From the sequence record PZ445439.1: a stretch of 64,000 nt of DNA; one strand, given 5' to 3'. Position numbers and translations under genes: made by a program. Source of the DNA: a phage. Below the pieces are notes generated by a model, which saw only the letters and a list, made by a program, of their open reading frames with translations, had not been told where the DNA came from and did no database searches. Shown here in pieces: positions 46,577 to 60,863 of the stretch; the first letter of the stretch is position 1, and each line of letters starts with the position of its first letter.

Positions 46577-48559
46577 ATGGCAAATACCCCTGTAAATTAT
46601 CAATTAACAAGAACAGCAAATGCTATTCCCGAGATATTCGTCGGGGGTACGTTTGCTGAAATAAAACAAAACCTCATTGAATGGCTTAATGGCCAAAATG
46701 AATTTTTGGATTATGATTTTGAAGGCTCAAGATTAAACGTTCTGTGTGACCTTTTAGCTTATAATACATTATACATTCAGCAGTTTGGTAATGCTGCTGT
46801 GTATGAAAGCTTTATGCGTACTGCTAACTTACGAAGTTCAGTTGTTCAAGCTGCGCAAGATAACGGATATTTACCTACTTCAAAATCCGCTGCGCAGACC
46901 GAAATTATGTTAACATGCACAGATGCATTGAATAGAAATTACATTACTATTCCTCGCGGTACTCGCTTTTTAGCATATGCAAAGGATACTTCTGTTAATC
47001 CTTATAACTTTGTATCTACCGAAGATGTTATTGCTATTCGTGATAAAAATAACCAATATTTTCCACGTTTAAAATTGGCCCAGGGACGTATAGTAAGAAC
47101 TGAAATCATTTATGATAAATTAACACCTATTATCATTTATGATAAAAATATTGATAGAAACCAGGTTAAATTATATGTTGATGGAGCGGAATGGATTAAC
47201 TGGACAAGAAAGTCAATGGTTCATGCTGGTTCAACATCAACGATTTATTATATGCGTGAAACTATTGATGGAAACACTGAATTCTATTTTGGTGAAGGTG
47301 AAATTTCTGTTAATGCTTCTGAAGGAGCTTTGACCGCTAATTATATCGGAGGTCTTAAACCTACTCAGAACTCTACGATTGTTATTGAGTACATTAGTAC
47401 TAATGGTGCTGACGCGAACGGAGCAGTCGGATTTTCATACGCAGATACATTAACAAATATAACTGTCATCAATATTAATGAAAATCCAAACGATGACCCA
47501 GATTTTGTTGGGGCAGATGGCGGCGGTGATCCAGAAGATATTGAGCGTATTCGCGAATTGGGTACTATTAAACGCGAAACCCAACAACGATGCGTAACTG
47601 CGACTGACTATGATACATTCGTTTCAGAGAGATTTGGTTCTATTATTCAAGCAGTTCAAACTTTCACTGATTCTACTAAACCTGGTTATGCATTTATTGC
47701 TGCTAAACCTAAATCAGGTCTGTATTTAACTACCGTACAGCGTGAAGATATTAAAAATTATCTCAAAGATTATAATTTAGCACCTATTACGCCATCAATT
47801 ATTTCTCCTAATTATCTTTTCATTAAGACTAATTTAAAAGTCACATATGCTTTAAATAAACTGCAAGAATCCGAGCAGTGGCTCGAAGGTCAAATAATTG
47901 ATAAAATTGATCGTTATTATACCGAAGATGTAGAAATTTTTAACTCGTCTTTTGCCAAGTCTAAGATGTTGACATATGTAGATGATGCAGATCATTCTAT
48001 CATTGGTTCATCAGCGACAATTCAAATTGTTCGTGAAGTACAAAACTTCTATAAAACGCCTGAAGCAGGTATTAAATACAATAATCAAATAAAAGATCGT
48101 TCTATGGAATCTAATACGTTTTCATTTAATTCTGGACGAAAGGTTGTAAATCCTGATACTGGTTTAGAAGAAGATGTATTATATGACGTTCGTATAGTAT
48201 CAACAGACCGAGATTCTAAAGGAATTGGTAAAGTTATTATTGGTCCATTTGCTTCTGGCGATGTTACAGAAAATGAAAACATTCAGCCGTATACAGGAAA
48301 CGATTTTAACAAATTAGCAAATTCTGATGGACGCGACAAATACTATGTTATCGGTGAAATAAATTATCCAGCTGACATGATTTATTGGAATATCGCTAAA
48401 ATTAATTTAACATCTGAAAAATTTGAAGTTCAGACTATTGAATTATATTCTGACCCAACCGATGATGTTATCTTTACTCGTGATGGTTCACTGATTGTAT
48501 TTGAAAATGACTTACGTCCACAATACTTAACTATCGATTTGGAGCCTATATCACAATGA
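46577..48559 (+). CDS. 6: baseplate wedge protein gp6
   Basis: 660 aa, same length as T4 gp6. Confidence 0.9.
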   Translation: MANTPVNYQLTRTANAIPEIFVGGTFAEIKQNLIEWLNGQNEFLDYDFEGSRLNVLCDLLAYNTLYIQQFGNAAVYESFMRTANLRSSVVQAAQDNGYLPTSKSAAQTEIMLTCTDALNRNYITIPRGTRFLAYAKDTSVNPYNFVSTEDVIAIRDKNNQYFPRLKLAQGRIVRTEIIYDKLTPIIIYDKNIDRNQVKLYVDGAEWINWTRKSMVHAGSTSTIYYMRETIDGNTEFYFGEGEISVNASEGALTANYIGGLKPTQNSTIVIEYISTNGADANGAVGFSYADTLTNITVININENPNDDPDFVGADGGGDPEDIERIRELGTIKRETQQRCVTATDYDTFVSERFGSIIQAVQTFTDSTKPGYAFIAAKPKSGLYLTTVQREDIKNYLKDYNLAPITPSIISPNYLFIKTNLKVTYALNKLQESEQWLEGQIIDKIDRYYTEDVEIFNSSFAKSKMLTYVDDADHSIIGSSATIQIVREVQNFYKTPEAGIKYNNQIKDRSMESNTFSFNSGRKVVNPDTGLEEDVLYDVRIVSTDRDSKGIGKVIIGPFASGDVTENENIQPYTGNDFNKLANSDGRDKYYVIGEINYPADMIYWNIAKINLTSEKFEVQTIELYSDPTDDVIFTRDGSLIVFENDLRPQYLTIDLEPISQ

Positions 48560-51500
48560 CAGTAAAAGCACCTTCAGTCACTAGTCTCAGAATTTCCAAG
48601 TTATCCGCAAATCAGGTGCAAGTACGCTGGGATGACGTTGGTGCTAATTTCTACTATTTTGTAGAAATCGCTGAGACAAAAACAAACTCGGGGGAAAATC
48701 TCCCGAGTAATCAATACAGATGGATTAACTTAGGATATACTGCAAATAACAGCTTCTTTTTTGATGATGCTGATCCATTGACATCATACATTATCAGAGT
48801 AGCTACAGCTGCGCAAGATTTTGAGCAGTCTGATTGGATTTATACCGAAGAGTTTGAAACTTTTGCTACAAATGCTTATACATTTCAAAACATGATTGAA
48901 ATGCAATTAGCCAATAAATTCATTCAGGAAAAATTTACTCTTAATAATTCTGATTATGTTAATTTTAATAATGACACTATAATGGCTGCATTGATGAATG
49001 AATCATTTCAATTCAGCCCATCGTATGTTGATGTTTCATCAATAAGTAATTTTATTATTGGTGAAAATGAGTATCATGAAATACAAGGTTCTATTCAGCA
49101 AGTATGTAAGGATATTAACCGAGTTTATTTGATGGAATCAGAAGGAATTCTATATCTTTTTGAGCGCTATCAACCTGTAGTTAAAGTATCCAATGATAAA
49201 GGACAAACTTGGAAAGCTGTAAAGCTCTTCAATGACCGTGTAGGATATCCTTTATCTAAGACAGTATATTACCAATCTGCGAACACAACATACGTTCTAG
49301 GATACGACAAGATTTTCTATGGCCGCAAATCTACTGATGTTAGATGGTCAGCCGATGATGTCAGATTTAGTTCTCAGGATATAACATTTGCTAAACTTGG
49401 CGACCAGTTACATTTAGGATTTGATGTAGAAATTTTTGCCACTTACGCGACTTTGCCAGCGAATGTATACCGCATTGCAGAAGCTATTACTTGCACCGAT
49501 GATTACATTTACGTTGTCGCCAGAGACAAAGTTAGATACATAAAAACGAGTAATGCACCTATAGATTCTGATCCATTATCTCCAACATATTCGGAAAGAC
49601 TTTTTGAACCTGATACCATGACTATAACCGGAAATCCTAAAGCAGTATGTTATAAAATGGATTCTATCGGTGATAAAGTTTTTGCTCTTATTATTGGTGA
49701 AGTTGAAACATTAAATGCTAATCCTAGAACATCAAAAATAATTGATTCCGCTGATAAAGGAATATATGTTTTAAATCATGACGAAAAAACATGGAAAAGA
49801 GTTTTTGGTAATACCGAAGAAGAAAGAAGACGTATTCAACCCGGATATGCGAATATGTCAACTGACGGTAAATTAGTTTCTCTGTCTTCGAGTAATTTTA
49901 AATTTTTAAGTGATAACGTTGTTAATGACCCTGAAACTGCGGCAAAATACCAGTTAATTGGCGCTGTTAAATATGAATTTCCTCGCGAATGGTTAGCTGA
50001 TAAACATTATCATATGATGGCGTTTATAGCGGATGAAAAATCTGACTGGGAGACTTTTACTCCTCAACCAATGAAATACTACGCAGAACCATTCTTTAAC
50101 TGGTCTAAAAAATCTAACACGCGTTGTTGGATAAACAACTCCGATAGAGCTGTAGTAGTTTATGCGGATTTAAAATACACTAAAGTTATAGAAAATATTC
50201 CTGAAACATCACCAGATAGATTAGTGCATGAATACTGGGATGATGGCGATTGCACTATAGTAATGCCAAATGTTAAATTCACTGGATTTAAAAAATATGC
50301 ATCTGGGATGCTTTTCTATAAAGCCTCTGGTGAAATAATTTCTTATTATGATTTTAACTATCGTGTGAGAGATACAGTAGAAATTATTTGGAAGCCAACC
50401 GGGGTATTTTTAAAAGCGTTTTTACAAAACCAAGAGCATGAAACTCCTTGGTCACCGGAAGAAGAGCATGGATTAGCTGACCCTGATTTAAGACCATTAA
50501 TTGGCACAATGATGCCTGATTCTTATTTGTTACAGGATTCGAATTTTGAGGCATTTTGCGAAGCATATATTCAATATCTTTCTGATGGATACGGAACTCA
50601 GTATAATAATTTGCGAAATTTAATTCGTAATCAGTATCCACGAGAAGAGCATGCATGGGAATATTTGTGGTCAGAGATATATAAAAGAAACATTTATTTA
50701 AATGCTGACAAACGCGATGCTGTCGCAAGATTCTTTGAATCACGTAGCTATGATTTTTATTCTACTAAAGGAATTGAAGCATCATACAAATTTCTTTTTA
50801 AAGTTCTTTATAATGAAGAAGTTGAAATTGAAATTGAATCTGGGGCTGGTACTGAATATGACATAATCGTTCAATCTGATTCTTTGACTGAAGATTTAGT
50901 AGGACAAACGATTTATACGGCAACAGGAAGATGTAATGTTACTTATATAGAAAGAAGCTATTCTAATGGTAAATTGCAATGGACCGTGACTATACATAAT
51001 CTTTTGGGGCGTTTAATAGCAGGGCAAGAAGTTAAAGCAGAAAGACTCCCTAGTTTTGAAGGCGAAATTATTCGTGGGGTTAAAGGAAAGGATTTGCTTC
51101 AAAATAATATAGACTATATTAATAGAAGTCGATCATATTATGTAATGAAAATTAAATCCAATTTACCTTCTTCTCGTTGGAAATCTGACGTTATTCGTTT
51201 TGTTCATCCAGTAGGATTTGGATTTATAGCAATTACTCTTTTAACTATGTTTATTAATGTTGGTTTAACTCTTAAACATACAGAGACTATAATTAATAAA
51301 TACAAAAACTATAAATGGGATTCTGGATTGCCTACTGAATATGCTGATAGAATAGCTAAATTAACTCCAACTGGTGAAATTGAGCATGATTCAGTAACAG
51401 GCGAAGCAATTTATGAGCCTGGCCCAATGGCTGGTGTAGAATATCCTCTTCCTGATGACTATAATGCTGAAAATAACAATTCAATATTTCAAGGTCAATT

Positions 51501-51654
51501 GCCGTCTGAACGACGTAAATTAATGAGTCCTCTATTTGACGCATCTGGAACAACATTTGCACAATTTAGAGATTTAGTTAATAAACGTCTAAAAGACAAT
51601 ATAGGAAATCCAAGAGACCCTGAAAATCCAACACAGGTTAAAATAGATGAATGA
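48556..51654 (+). CDS. 7: baseplate wedge initiator gp7
   Basis: 1032 aa, same length as T4 gp7. Confidence 0.9.
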   Translation: MTVKAPSVTSLRISKLSANQVQVRWDDVGANFYYFVEIAETKTNSGENLPSNQYRWINLGYTANNSFFFDDADPLTSYIIRVATAAQDFEQSDWIYTEEFETFATNAYTFQNMIEMQLANKFIQEKFTLNNSDYVNFNNDTIMAALMNESFQFSPSYVDVSSISNFIIGENEYHEIQGSIQQVCKDINRVYLMESEGILYLFERYQPVVKVSNDKGQTWKAVKLFNDRVGYPLSKTVYYQSANTTYVLGYDKIFYGRKSTDVRWSADDVRFSSQDITFAKLGDQLHLGFDVEIFATYATLPANVYRIAEAITCTDDYIYVVARDKVRYIKTSNAPIDSDPLSPTYSERLFEPDTMTITGNPKAVCYKMDSIGDKVFALIIGEVETLNANPRTSKIIDSADKGIYVLNHDEKTWKRVFGNTEEERRRIQPGYANMSTDGKLVSLSSSNFKFLSDNVVNDPETAAKYQLIGAVKYEFPREWLADKHYHMMAFIADEKSDWETFTPQPMKYYAEPFFNWSKKSNTRCWINNSDRAVVVYADLKYTKVIENIPETSPDRLVHEYWDDGDCTIVMPNVKFTGFKKYASGMLFYKASGEIISYYDFNYRVRDTVEIIWKPTGVFLKAFLQNQEHETPWSPEEEHGLADPDLRPLIGTMMPDSYLLQDSNFEAFCEAYIQYLSDGYGTQYNNLRNLIRNQYPREEHAWEYLWSEIYKRNIYLNADKRDAVARFFESRSYDFYSTKGIEASYKFLFKVLYNEEVEIEIESGAGTEYDIIVQSDSLTEDLVGQTIYTATGRCNVTYIERSYSNGKLQWTVTIHNLLGRLIAGQEVKAERLPSFEGEIIRGVKGKDLLQNNIDYINRSRSYYVMKIKSNLPSSRWKSDVIRFVHPVGFGFIAITLLTMFINVGLTLKHTETIINKYKNYKWDSGLPTEYADRIAKLTPTGEIEHDSVTGEAIYEPGPMAGVEYPLPDDYNAENNNSIFQGQLPSERRKLMSPLFDASGTTFAQFRDLVNKRLKDNIGNPRDPENPTQVKIDE

Positions 51655-52651
51655 TTCAAGTGTTATCTATCGTGCGATAGTTACTTCAAAATTTAGAACA
51701 GAAAAAATGTTGAATTTTTATAATTCAATTGGAAGTGGTCCGGATAAAAACACTATCTTTATCACATTTGGAAGATCAGAACCGTGGTCATCAAATGAAA
51801 ATGAGGTGGGCTTTGCCCCACCTTATCCAACCGATTCTGTATTAGGCGTAACTGACATGTGGACGCATATGATGGGAACAGTAAAGGTTCTTCCATCAAT
51901 GCTTGATGCTGTTATTCCTCGCAGAGATTGGGGAGATACTAGATATCCGGATCCATACACATTTAGAATTAACGATATTGTAGTGTGTAACTCAGCTCCT
52001 TACAATGCTACTGAATCAGGCGCAGGCTGGTTAGTATATCGTTGTTTAGATGTTCCTGATACCGGAATGTGTTCAATAACATCTTTAACTGATAAGGATG
52101 AATGCCTTAAATTAGGTGGAAAATGGACACCTTCTGTTAGGTCAATGACTCCTCCTGAAGGTCGAGGAGATGCTGAAGGAACAATTGAACCAGGAGATGG
52201 ATATGTGTGGGAATATCTTTTTGAGATTCCGCCTGATGTATCTATAAATAGATGCACGAATGAATATATCGTGGTTCCTTGGCCTGAGGAATTAAAAGAA
52301 AATCCGACTAGATGGGGATATGAAGATAATCTCACTTGGCAACAAGACGATTTTGGATTAATTTATCGTGTTAAAGCTAATACAATTCGCTTTAAAGCAT
52401 ATTTAGACTCAGTTTATTTTCCTGAAGCTGCACTGCCAGGAAATAAAGGGTTTAGACAAATATCGATAATTACAAATCCTCTTGAAGCTAAAGCTCATCC
52501 AAATGATCCAAACGTTAAAGCTGAAAAGGACTATTATGATCCGGAAGATTTAATGAGGCATTCCGGCGAAATGATTTATATGGAAAATAGGCCACCTATT
52601 ATTATGGCAATGGATCAAACAGAAGAAATCAATATTCTGTTTACATTTTAA
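51647..52651 (+). CDS. 8: baseplate wedge protein gp8
   Basis: 334 aa, same length as T4 gp8. Confidence 0.9.
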   Translation: MNDSSVIYRAIVTSKFRTEKMLNFYNSIGSGPDKNTIFITFGRSEPWSSNENEVGFAPPYPTDSVLGVTDMWTHMMGTVKVLPSMLDAVIPRRDWGDTRYPDPYTFRINDIVVCNSAPYNATESGAGWLVYRCLDVPDTGMCSITSLTDKDECLKLGGKWTPSVRSMTPPEGRGDAEGTIEPGDGYVWEYLFEIPPDVSINRCTNEYIVVPWPEELKENPTRWGYEDNLTWQQDDFGLIYRVKANTIRFKAYLDSVYFPEAALPGNKGFRQISIITNPLEAKAHPNDPNVKAEKDYYDPEDLMRHSGEMIYMENRPPIIMAMDQTEEINILFTF

Positions 52652-52656
52652 ATTGA

Positions 52657-52679
52657 GGGAGCCCATGGGCTCCCTTTTT
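52657..52679 (+). terminator. rho-independent terminator after gene 8
   Basis: hairpin GGGAGCCCATGGGCTCCC followed by TTTTT. Confidence 0.6.
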
Positions 52680-52680
52680 C

Positions 52681-52688
52681 TTTATAAA
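52681..52688 (+). promoter_or_regulatory. late promoter TATAAATA for gene 9
   Basis: exact TATAAATA 27 nt upstream of gp9 ATG. Confidence 0.6.
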
Positions 52689-52714
52689 TACTATAAACTC
52701 ATAAGGAAACCGCT

Positions 52715-53581
52715 ATGTTCATTCAAGAACCAAAGAAATTGATTGATACCGGCGAAATTGGTAACGCTTCTACTGGTGATATCTTATTCGACGGTGGTAA
52801 TAAAATTAATAGTGATTTTAACGCAATTTATAATGCGTTTGGCGATCAACGTAAAATGGCAGTAGCAAATGGAACTGGAGCAGATGGCCAAATTATTCAT
52901 GCTACTGGATATTATCAAAAACACTCTATTGCAGAGTACGCAACTCCAGTAAAAGTTGGCACTAGGCATGATATTGATACCTCTACTGTAGGTGTTAAAG
53001 TTATCATTGAAAGAGGCGAACTTGGCGACTGTGTTGAATTTATTAACTCAAATGGATCTATATCAGTTACTAATCCTTTAACGATTCAAGCGATTGATTC
53101 AATTAAAGGTGTTTCGGGTAATTTAGTAGTAACTAGCCCATATAGTAAAGTTACTTTACGCTGTATTTCATCTGATAATTCTACTTCGGTTTGGAATTAT
53201 TCTATTGAAAGTATGTTTGGACAAAAGGAATCACCAGCTGAAGGTACATGGAATATTTCTACATCCGGATCAGTTGATATTCCACTATTTCATCGCACTG
53301 AATACAATATGGCTAAATTGTTAGTTACATGCCAATCAGTAGATGGAAGAAAAATTAAAACAGCAGAAATAAATATTCTTGTGGATACTGTTAATTCAGA
53401 GGTAATTTCTTCTGAATATGCTGTCATGCGAGTTGGGAATGAAACCGAAGAAGACGAAATCGCTAATATTGCATTTAGTATTAAAGAAAATTATGTAACG
53501 GCGACTATAAGTTCTTCAACTGTCGGTATGAGAGCAGCAGTTAAAGTTATCGCTACGCAGAAAATCGGGGTGGCTCAATAA
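52715..53581 (+). CDS. 9: baseplate protein gp9 (long tail fibre socket)
   Basis: 288 aa, same length as T4 gp9. Confidence 0.9.
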   Translation: MFIQEPKKLIDTGEIGNASTGDILFDGGNKINSDFNAIYNAFGDQRKMAVANGTGADGQIIHATGYYQKHSIAEYATPVKVGTRHDIDTSTVGVKVIIERGELGDCVEFINSNGSISVTNPLTIQAIDSIKGVSGNLVVTSPYSKVTLRCISSDNSTSVWNYSIESMFGQKESPAEGTWNISTSGSVDIPLFHRTEYNMAKLLVTCQSVDGRKIKTAEINILVDTVNSEVISSEYAVMRVGNETEEDEIANIAFSIKENYVTATISSSTVGMRAAVKVIATQKIGVAQ

Positions 53582-55389
53582 TGAAACAAAATATTAATAT
53601 CGGTAATGTTGTAGATGATGGTACCGGTGACTACCTGCGTAAAGGTGGTATAAAAATAAATGAAAACTTTGATGAGCTTTATTATGAACTCGGTGATGGT
53701 GATGTTCCATATTCAGCTGGTGCCTGGAAAACTTATAATGCTTCATCAGGACAAACATTAACAGCAGAATGGGGAAAATCATACGCTATTAATACATCTT
53801 CTGGAAGAGTGACTATAAATCTTCCAAAGGGTACAGTTAATGATTACAACAAGGTAATTAGAGCTAGAGACGTATTTGCTACATGGAACGTCAACCCAGT
53901 TACACTAGTAGCTGCTTCCGGAGATACGATTAAAGGGTCTGCAGTACCAGTTGAAATTAATGTTCAATTCAGCGATTTAGAACTAGTGTATTGTGCCCCA
54001 GGACGTTGGGAATATGTCAAAAATAAACAAATTGACAAAATTACCAGTTCAGACATTAGTAATGTAGCTCGTAAAGAATTTTTAGTCGAAGTCCAAGGAC
54101 AAACAGACTTTTTAGATGTTTTCCGTGGAACTAGTTATAATGTAAATAACATCAGAGTAAAACATCGTGGTAACGAATTATATTATGGCGATGTGTTTAG
54201 CGAAAACAGCGATTTTGGCTCTCCGGGCGAAAATGAAGGAGAACTGGTTCCTCTTGATGGATTTAATATTCGATTAAGACAGCCTTGTAATATTGGTGAC
54301 ACTGTTCAAATTGAAACATTTATGGATGGTGTATCGCAGTGGAGAAGTTCATATACAAGACGTCAAATTAGATTGTTAGATTCAAAATTAACGTCAAAAA
54401 CTTCTCTAGAAGGAAGTATTTACGTTACTGATTTATCAACAATGAAATCAATTCCATTTTCTGCTTTTGGATTAATTCCAGGAGAACCTATTAATCCTAA
54501 CTCTCTTGAGGTTCGTTTTAATGGGATTTTGCAGGAATTGGCTGGCACAGTTGGAATGCCATTATTTCATTGTGTTGGTGCCGATTCAGACGATGAAGTA
54601 GAATGCTCTGTTTTAGGTGGAACTTGGGAACAATCTCATACCGATTATTCAATTGAAACTGATGAAAACGGCATACCGGAAATTTTACATTTCGATAGAG
54701 TATTTGAGCATGGTGACATTATCAATATCACCTGGTTTAATAATGATTTAGGCACATTATTAACAAAAGACGAGATTATTGATGAAACTGATAATCTTTA
54801 TGTATCTCAAGGACCGGGAGTAGATATTTCTGGTGATGTAAATTTAACAGACTTCGATAAAATTGGTTGGCCAAATGTAGAAGCAGTTCAATCTTATCAA
54901 CGCGAATTTAATGCTGTTTCAAATATCTTTGATACGATTTATCCTATTGGAACTATATATGAAAACGCTGTTAATCCAAACAACCCTGTTACATATATGG
55001 GATTCGGCTCATGGAAATTATTTGGGCAAGGAAAAGTTTTAGTTGGATGGAATGAAGATATTTCGGACCCTAACTTTGCTCTAAATAACAACGATTTAGA
55101 TTCGGGTGGAAATCCTTCACATACTGCAGGTGGAACAGGTGGTTCTACTTCTGTTACATTGGAAAATGCTAATCTTCCTGCAACTGAAACAGATGAAGAA
55201 GTTCTAATAGTTGATGAAAATGGATCAGTCATTGTTGGTGGGTGTCAATACGATCCAGATGAATCCGGTCCAATTTACACTAAATACCGTGAAGCTAAAG
55301 CATCTACTAACTCTACTCACACTCCGCCAACATCAATAACTAACATTCAACCATATATTACAGTTTATCGTTGGATAAGGATTGCATAA
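53581..55389 (+). CDS. 10: baseplate wedge protein gp10
   Basis: 602 aa, same length as T4 gp10. Confidence 0.9.
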   Translation: MKQNINIGNVVDDGTGDYLRKGGIKINENFDELYYELGDGDVPYSAGAWKTYNASSGQTLTAEWGKSYAINTSSGRVTINLPKGTVNDYNKVIRARDVFATWNVNPVTLVAASGDTIKGSAVPVEINVQFSDLELVYCAPGRWEYVKNKQIDKITSSDISNVARKEFLVEVQGQTDFLDVFRGTSYNVNNIRVKHRGNELYYGDVFSENSDFGSPGENEGELVPLDGFNIRLRQPCNIGDTVQIETFMDGVSQWRSSYTRRQIRLLDSKLTSKTSLEGSIYVTDLSTMKSIPFSAFGLIPGEPINPNSLEVRFNGILQELAGTVGMPLFHCVGADSDDEVECSVLGGTWEQSHTDYSIETDENGIPEILHFDRVFEHGDIINITWFNNDLGTLLTKDEIIDETDNLYVSQGPGVDISGDVNLTDFDKIGWPNVEAVQSYQREFNAVSNIFDTIYPIGTIYENAVNPNNPVTYMGFGSWKLFGQGKVLVGWNEDISDPNFALNNNDLDSGGNPSHTAGGTGGSTSVTLENANLPATETDEEVLIVDENGSVIVGGCQYDPDESGPIYTKYREAKASTNSTHTPPTSITNIQPYITVYRWIRIA

Positions 55390-56048
55390 TGAGTTTACTT
55401 AATAATAAAGCGGGAGTTATTTCCCGCTTAGCCGATTTTCTTGGTTTTAGACCTAAAGCTGGTAATATAGATGTAATGAATCGTCAATCAGTTGGGTCAG
55501 TGACAATTTCTCAATTAGCGAAAGGATTTTATGAACCAAACGTAGAATCAGCTATTAATGATGTTCATAATTTTTCTATAAAAGACGTTGGTACAATTAT
55601 TACTAATAAAACTGGTGTTTCTCCTGAGGGTGTTTCTCAAACTGATTATTGGGCATTTTCTGGAACTGTAACAGACGATTCTCTTCCTCCGGGTTCTCCT
55701 GTTACGGTATTAGTATTTGGTCTTCCAGTTTCAGCAACTACTGGAATGACGGCAATTGAGTTTGTTGCAAAAGTTCGTGTTGCCCTTCAAGAAGCTATTG
55801 CGTCATTTACTGCTATTAACTCATATAAAGACCATCCAACAGATGGTAGTAAATTAGAAGTTACTTATTTAGATAATCAAAAACATGTATTAAGCACATA
55901 TTCTACATATGGAATAACTATTTCACAGGAAATTATTTCTGAGTCTAAACCTGGCTACGGTACATGGAATTTATTAGGCGCACAAACTGTAACTTTAGAT
56001 AATCAGCAGACTCCTACAGTATTTTATCATTTTGAGAGAACAGCATGA
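55389..56048 (+). CDS. 11: baseplate wedge protein gp11
   Basis: 219 aa from ATG at 55389 overlapping gp10 stop (TAATG). Confidence 0.85.
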   Translation: MSLLNNKAGVISRLADFLGFRPKAGNIDVMNRQSVGSVTISQLAKGFYEPNVESAINDVHNFSIKDVGTIITNKTGVSPEGVSQTDYWAFSGTVTDDSLPPGSPVTVLVFGLPVSATTGMTAIEFVAKVRVALQEAIASFTAINSYKDHPTDGSKLEVTYLDNQKHVLSTYSTYGITISQEIISESKPGYGTWNLLGAQTVTLDNQQTPTVFYHFERTA

Positions 56049-57628
56049 GTAATAATACATATCAACACGTTTCTAATGAATCTCGTTATGTAAAATTTGA
56101 TCCTACCGATACGAATTTTCCACCAGAGATTACTGATGTTCAGGCTGCTATAGCAGCCATTTCTCCTGCTGGCGTAAATGGAGTTCCTGATGCATCGTCA
56201 ACAACAAAGGGAATTTTATTTCTTGCCACTGAACAGGAAGTTATAGATGGAACTAATAATACCAAAGCAGTTACACCAGCAACGTTGGCAACAAGATTAT
56301 CATATCCAAACGCAACTGAAACTGTTTACGGATTAACAAGATATTCAACCAATGATGAAGCCATTGCCGGAGTTAATAATGAATCTTCTATAACTCCAGC
56401 TAAATTTACTGTTGCTCTTAATAATGCGTTTGAAACACGAGTTTCAACTGAATCCTCGAATGGTGTTATTAAAATTTCATCTCTACCGCAAGCATTAGCT
56501 GGTGCAGATGATACTACTGCAATGACTCCATTAAAAACACAGCAGTTAGCTATTAAATTAATTGCGCAAATTGCTCCTTCTGAAACCACAGCTACTGAAT
56601 CGGACCAAGGTGTTGTTCAATTAGCAACAGTAGCGCAGGTTCGTCAGGGAACTTTGAGAGAAGGCTATGCAATTTCTCCTTATACGTTTATGAATTCATC
56701 TGCTACTGAAGAATATAAAGGCGTAATTAAATTAGGAACACAATCAGAAGTTAACTCGAATAATGCTTCTGTTGCGGTTACTGGCGCAACTCTTAATGGT
56801 CGTGGTTCTACAACGTCAATGAGAGGCGTAGTTAGATTAACAACAACGGCCGGTTCACAGAGTGGAGGAGATGCTTCATCAGCCTTAGCTTGGAATGCTG
56901 ACGTTATCCACCAAAGAGGCGGTCAAACTATCAATGGAACACTTCGCATTAATAACACGCTTACAATAGCTTCAGGTGGAGCAAATATTACCGGAACAGT
57001 TAACATGACCGGTGGTTATATTCAAGGTAAGCGTGTCGTAACACAAAATGAAATTGATAGAACTATTCCTGTCGGAGCTATTATGATGTGGGCCGCTGAT
57101 AGTCTTCCTAGTGATGCTTGGCGTTTTTGCCACGGTGGAACTGTTTCAGCGTCAGATTGTCCATTATATGCTTCTAGAATTGGAACAAGATATGGCGGAA
57201 GCTCATCAAATCCTGGATTGCCTGACATGCGTGGTCTTTTTGTTCGTGGCTCTGGTCGTGGCTCTCACTTAACAAATCCAAATGTTAATGGTAATGACCA
57301 ATTTGGTAAACCTAGATTAGGTGTAGGTTGTACTGGTGGATATGTTGGTGAAGTACAGAAACAGCAGATGTCTTATCATAAACATGCTGGTGGATTTGGT
57401 GAGCATGATGATTCTGGGGCATTCGGTAATACCCGTAGATCAAATTTTGTTGGTACACGTAAAGGACTTGACTGGGATAACCGTTCATACTTCACTAATG
57501 ACGGGTATGAAATTGACCCAGCATCACAACGAAATTCCAGATATACATTAAATCGTCCTGAATTAATTGGAAATGAAACACGTCCATGGAACATTTCTTT
57601 AAACTACATAATTAAGGTAAAAGAATGA
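56045..57628 (+). CDS. 12: short tail fibre protein gp12
   Basis: 527 aa, same length as T4 gp12; Ala/Thr-rich beta-structure repeats. Confidence 0.9.
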   Translation: MSNNTYQHVSNESRYVKFDPTDTNFPPEITDVQAAIAAISPAGVNGVPDASSTTKGILFLATEQEVIDGTNNTKAVTPATLATRLSYPNATETVYGLTRYSTNDEAIAGVNNESSITPAKFTVALNNAFETRVSTESSNGVIKISSLPQALAGADDTTAMTPLKTQQLAIKLIAQIAPSETTATESDQGVVQLATVAQVRQGTLREGYAISPYTFMNSSATEEYKGVIKLGTQSEVNSNNASVAVTGATLNGRGSTTSMRGVVRLTTTAGSQSGGDASSALAWNADVIHQRGGQTINGTLRINNTLTIASGGANITGTVNMTGGYIQGKRVVTQNEIDRTIPVGAIMMWAADSLPSDAWRFCHGGTVSASDCPLYASRIGTRYGGSSSNPGLPDMRGLFVRGSGRGSHLTNPNVNGNDQFGKPRLGVGCTGGYVGEVQKQQMSYHKHAGGFGEHDDSGAFGNTRRSNFVGTRKGLDWDNRSYFTNDGYEIDPASQRNSRYTLNRPELIGNETRPWNISLNYIIKVKE

Positions 57629-59088
57629 CAGATATTGTACTGAATGACTTACCATTCGTTGACGGCCCTCCTGCAGAGGGCCAGAGCCGCATTTCCTGGA
57701 TTAAAAACGGCGAAGAAATATTAGGAGCTGACACACAGTATGGAAGTGAAGGTTCAATGAATAGACCTACAGTTTCTGTACTAAGAAATGTTGAAGTTCT
57801 TGATAAAAACATTGGAATACTTAAAACATCTTTAGAAACCGCAAATAGTGATATTAAAACAATTCAGGGCATCTTAGATGTATCTGGTGATATTGAAGCT
57901 TTGGCCCAAATAGGTATCAATAAAAAGGATATTTCTGACCTCAAAACGCTAACCAGTGAACACACAGAAATATTAAATGGAACTAATAATACGGTTGACA
58001 GTATTCTTGCCGATATTGGTCCATTTAACTCCGAGGCCAACTCTGTATACAGAACAATCAGAAATGATTTATTGTGGATAAAGCGTGAACTTGGACAATA
58101 CACTGGTCAAGATATTAATGGTCTTCCTGTTGTAGGAAATCCTAGTAGTGGAATGAAGCATCGTATTATTAATAATACTGATGTCATTACTTCACAGGGA
58201 ATACGTTTAAGCGAATTAGAAACAAAATTTATTGAATCTGATGTAGGTTCTTTAACTATCGAAGTTGGTAATCTTCGCGAAGAGCTTGGACCGAAACCAC
58301 CATCATTTTCACAGAACGTTTACAGTCGTTTAAATGAAATTGACACTAAACAGACAACAGTTGAGTCTGACATTAGTGCTATTAAGACCTCAATAGGATA
58401 TCCGGTAAATAATTCGATTATTACGAGTGTTAATACAAACACTGATAATATTGCATCTATTAATTTAGAGCTAAATCAAAGTGGAGGTATTAAACAGCGT
58501 TTAACCGTTATTGAAACTTCTATTGGATCAGACGATATTCCTTCAAGTATTAAAGGCCAAATCAAAGATAATACAACTTCAATCGAATCTCTAAATGGAA
58601 TCGTCGGTGAAAACACTTCATCTGGTTTAAGAGCGAATGTTTCGTGGTTAAACCAAATTGTTGGAACTGATTCTAGCGGTGGACAACCTTCTCCTCCTGG
58701 GTCTCTTTTAAACCGAGTTTCTACAATTGAAACTTCTGTTTCAGGCTTGAATAATGATGTTCAAAACCTACAAGTAGAGATTGGTAATAACAGCACAGGA
58801 ATTAAAGGGCAAGTTGTAGCGTTAAATACTTTAGTAAATGGAACTAATCCAAACGGTTCAACTGTTGAAGAACGCGGATTAACCAATTCAATAAAAGCTA
58901 ACGAAACCAACATTGCATCAGTTACACAAGAAGTGAATACCGCTAAAGGTAGTATATCTTCTCTGCAAGGTGATGTTCAAGCTCTCCAAGAAGCAGGTTA
59001 TATTCCTGAAGCTCCAAAAGATGGACAAGCTTACGTTCGTAAAGACGGCGAATGGGTATTACTTTCTACCTTTTTATCACCAGCATAA
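57625..59088 (+). CDS. wac: fibritin (whisker antigen control)
   Basis: 487 aa; coiled-coil heptads; C-terminal foldon [27 protein letters not shown]. Confidence 0.95.
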   Translation: MTDIVLNDLPFVDGPPAEGQSRISWIKNGEEILGADTQYGSEGSMNRPTVSVLRNVEVLDKNIGILKTSLETANSDIKTIQGILDVSGDIEALAQIGINKKDISDLKTLTSEHTEILNGTNNTVDSILADIGPFNSEANSVYRTIRNDLLWIKRELGQYTGQDINGLPVVGNPSSGMKHRIINNTDVITSQGIRLSELETKFIESDVGSLTIEVGNLREELGPKPPSFSQNVYSRLNEIDTKQTTVESDISAIKTSIGYPVNNSIITSVNTNTDNIASINLELNQSGGIKQRLTVIETSIGSDDIPSSIKGQIKDNTTSIESLNGIVGENTSSGLRANVSWLNQIVGTDSSGGQPSPPGSLLNRVSTIETSVSGLNNDVQNLQVEIGNNSTGIKGQVVALNTLVNGTNPNGSTVEERGLTNSIKANETNIASVTQEVNTAKGSISSLQGDVQALQEAGYIPEAPKDGQAYVRKDGEWVLLSTFLSPA

Positions 59089-59091
59089 CAT

Positions 59092-59107
59092 GGGGCCGCA
59101 AGGCCCC
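59092..59107 (+). terminator. hairpin GGGGCCGCAAGGCCCC after wac
   Basis: 6-bp GC stem, followed by AAAGGATTTTT. Confidence 0.45.
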
Positions 59108-59120
59108 AAAGGATTTTTAA

Positions 59121-60822
<1,702 letters not shown>

Positions 60823-60863
60823 TAAATATTATAAACTAATTAAAGCCCAGATTAGGAGAAATC

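Noticed and set aside
44269-57812. Minus-strand ORFs inside the plus-strand late structural genes (44269..44478, 46289..46483, 48085..48282, 50384..50743, 52000..52335, 54939..55232, 56326..56589, 57612..57812 and similar)
   Set aside because: Antisense to long conserved baseplate and tail-fibre genes whose lengths match T4 exactly; no independent signals.
60828-60835. Late promoter upstream of gene 15 (TATAAACT)
   Set aside because: One mismatch to TATAAATA at a conserved position; not reported as a feature.
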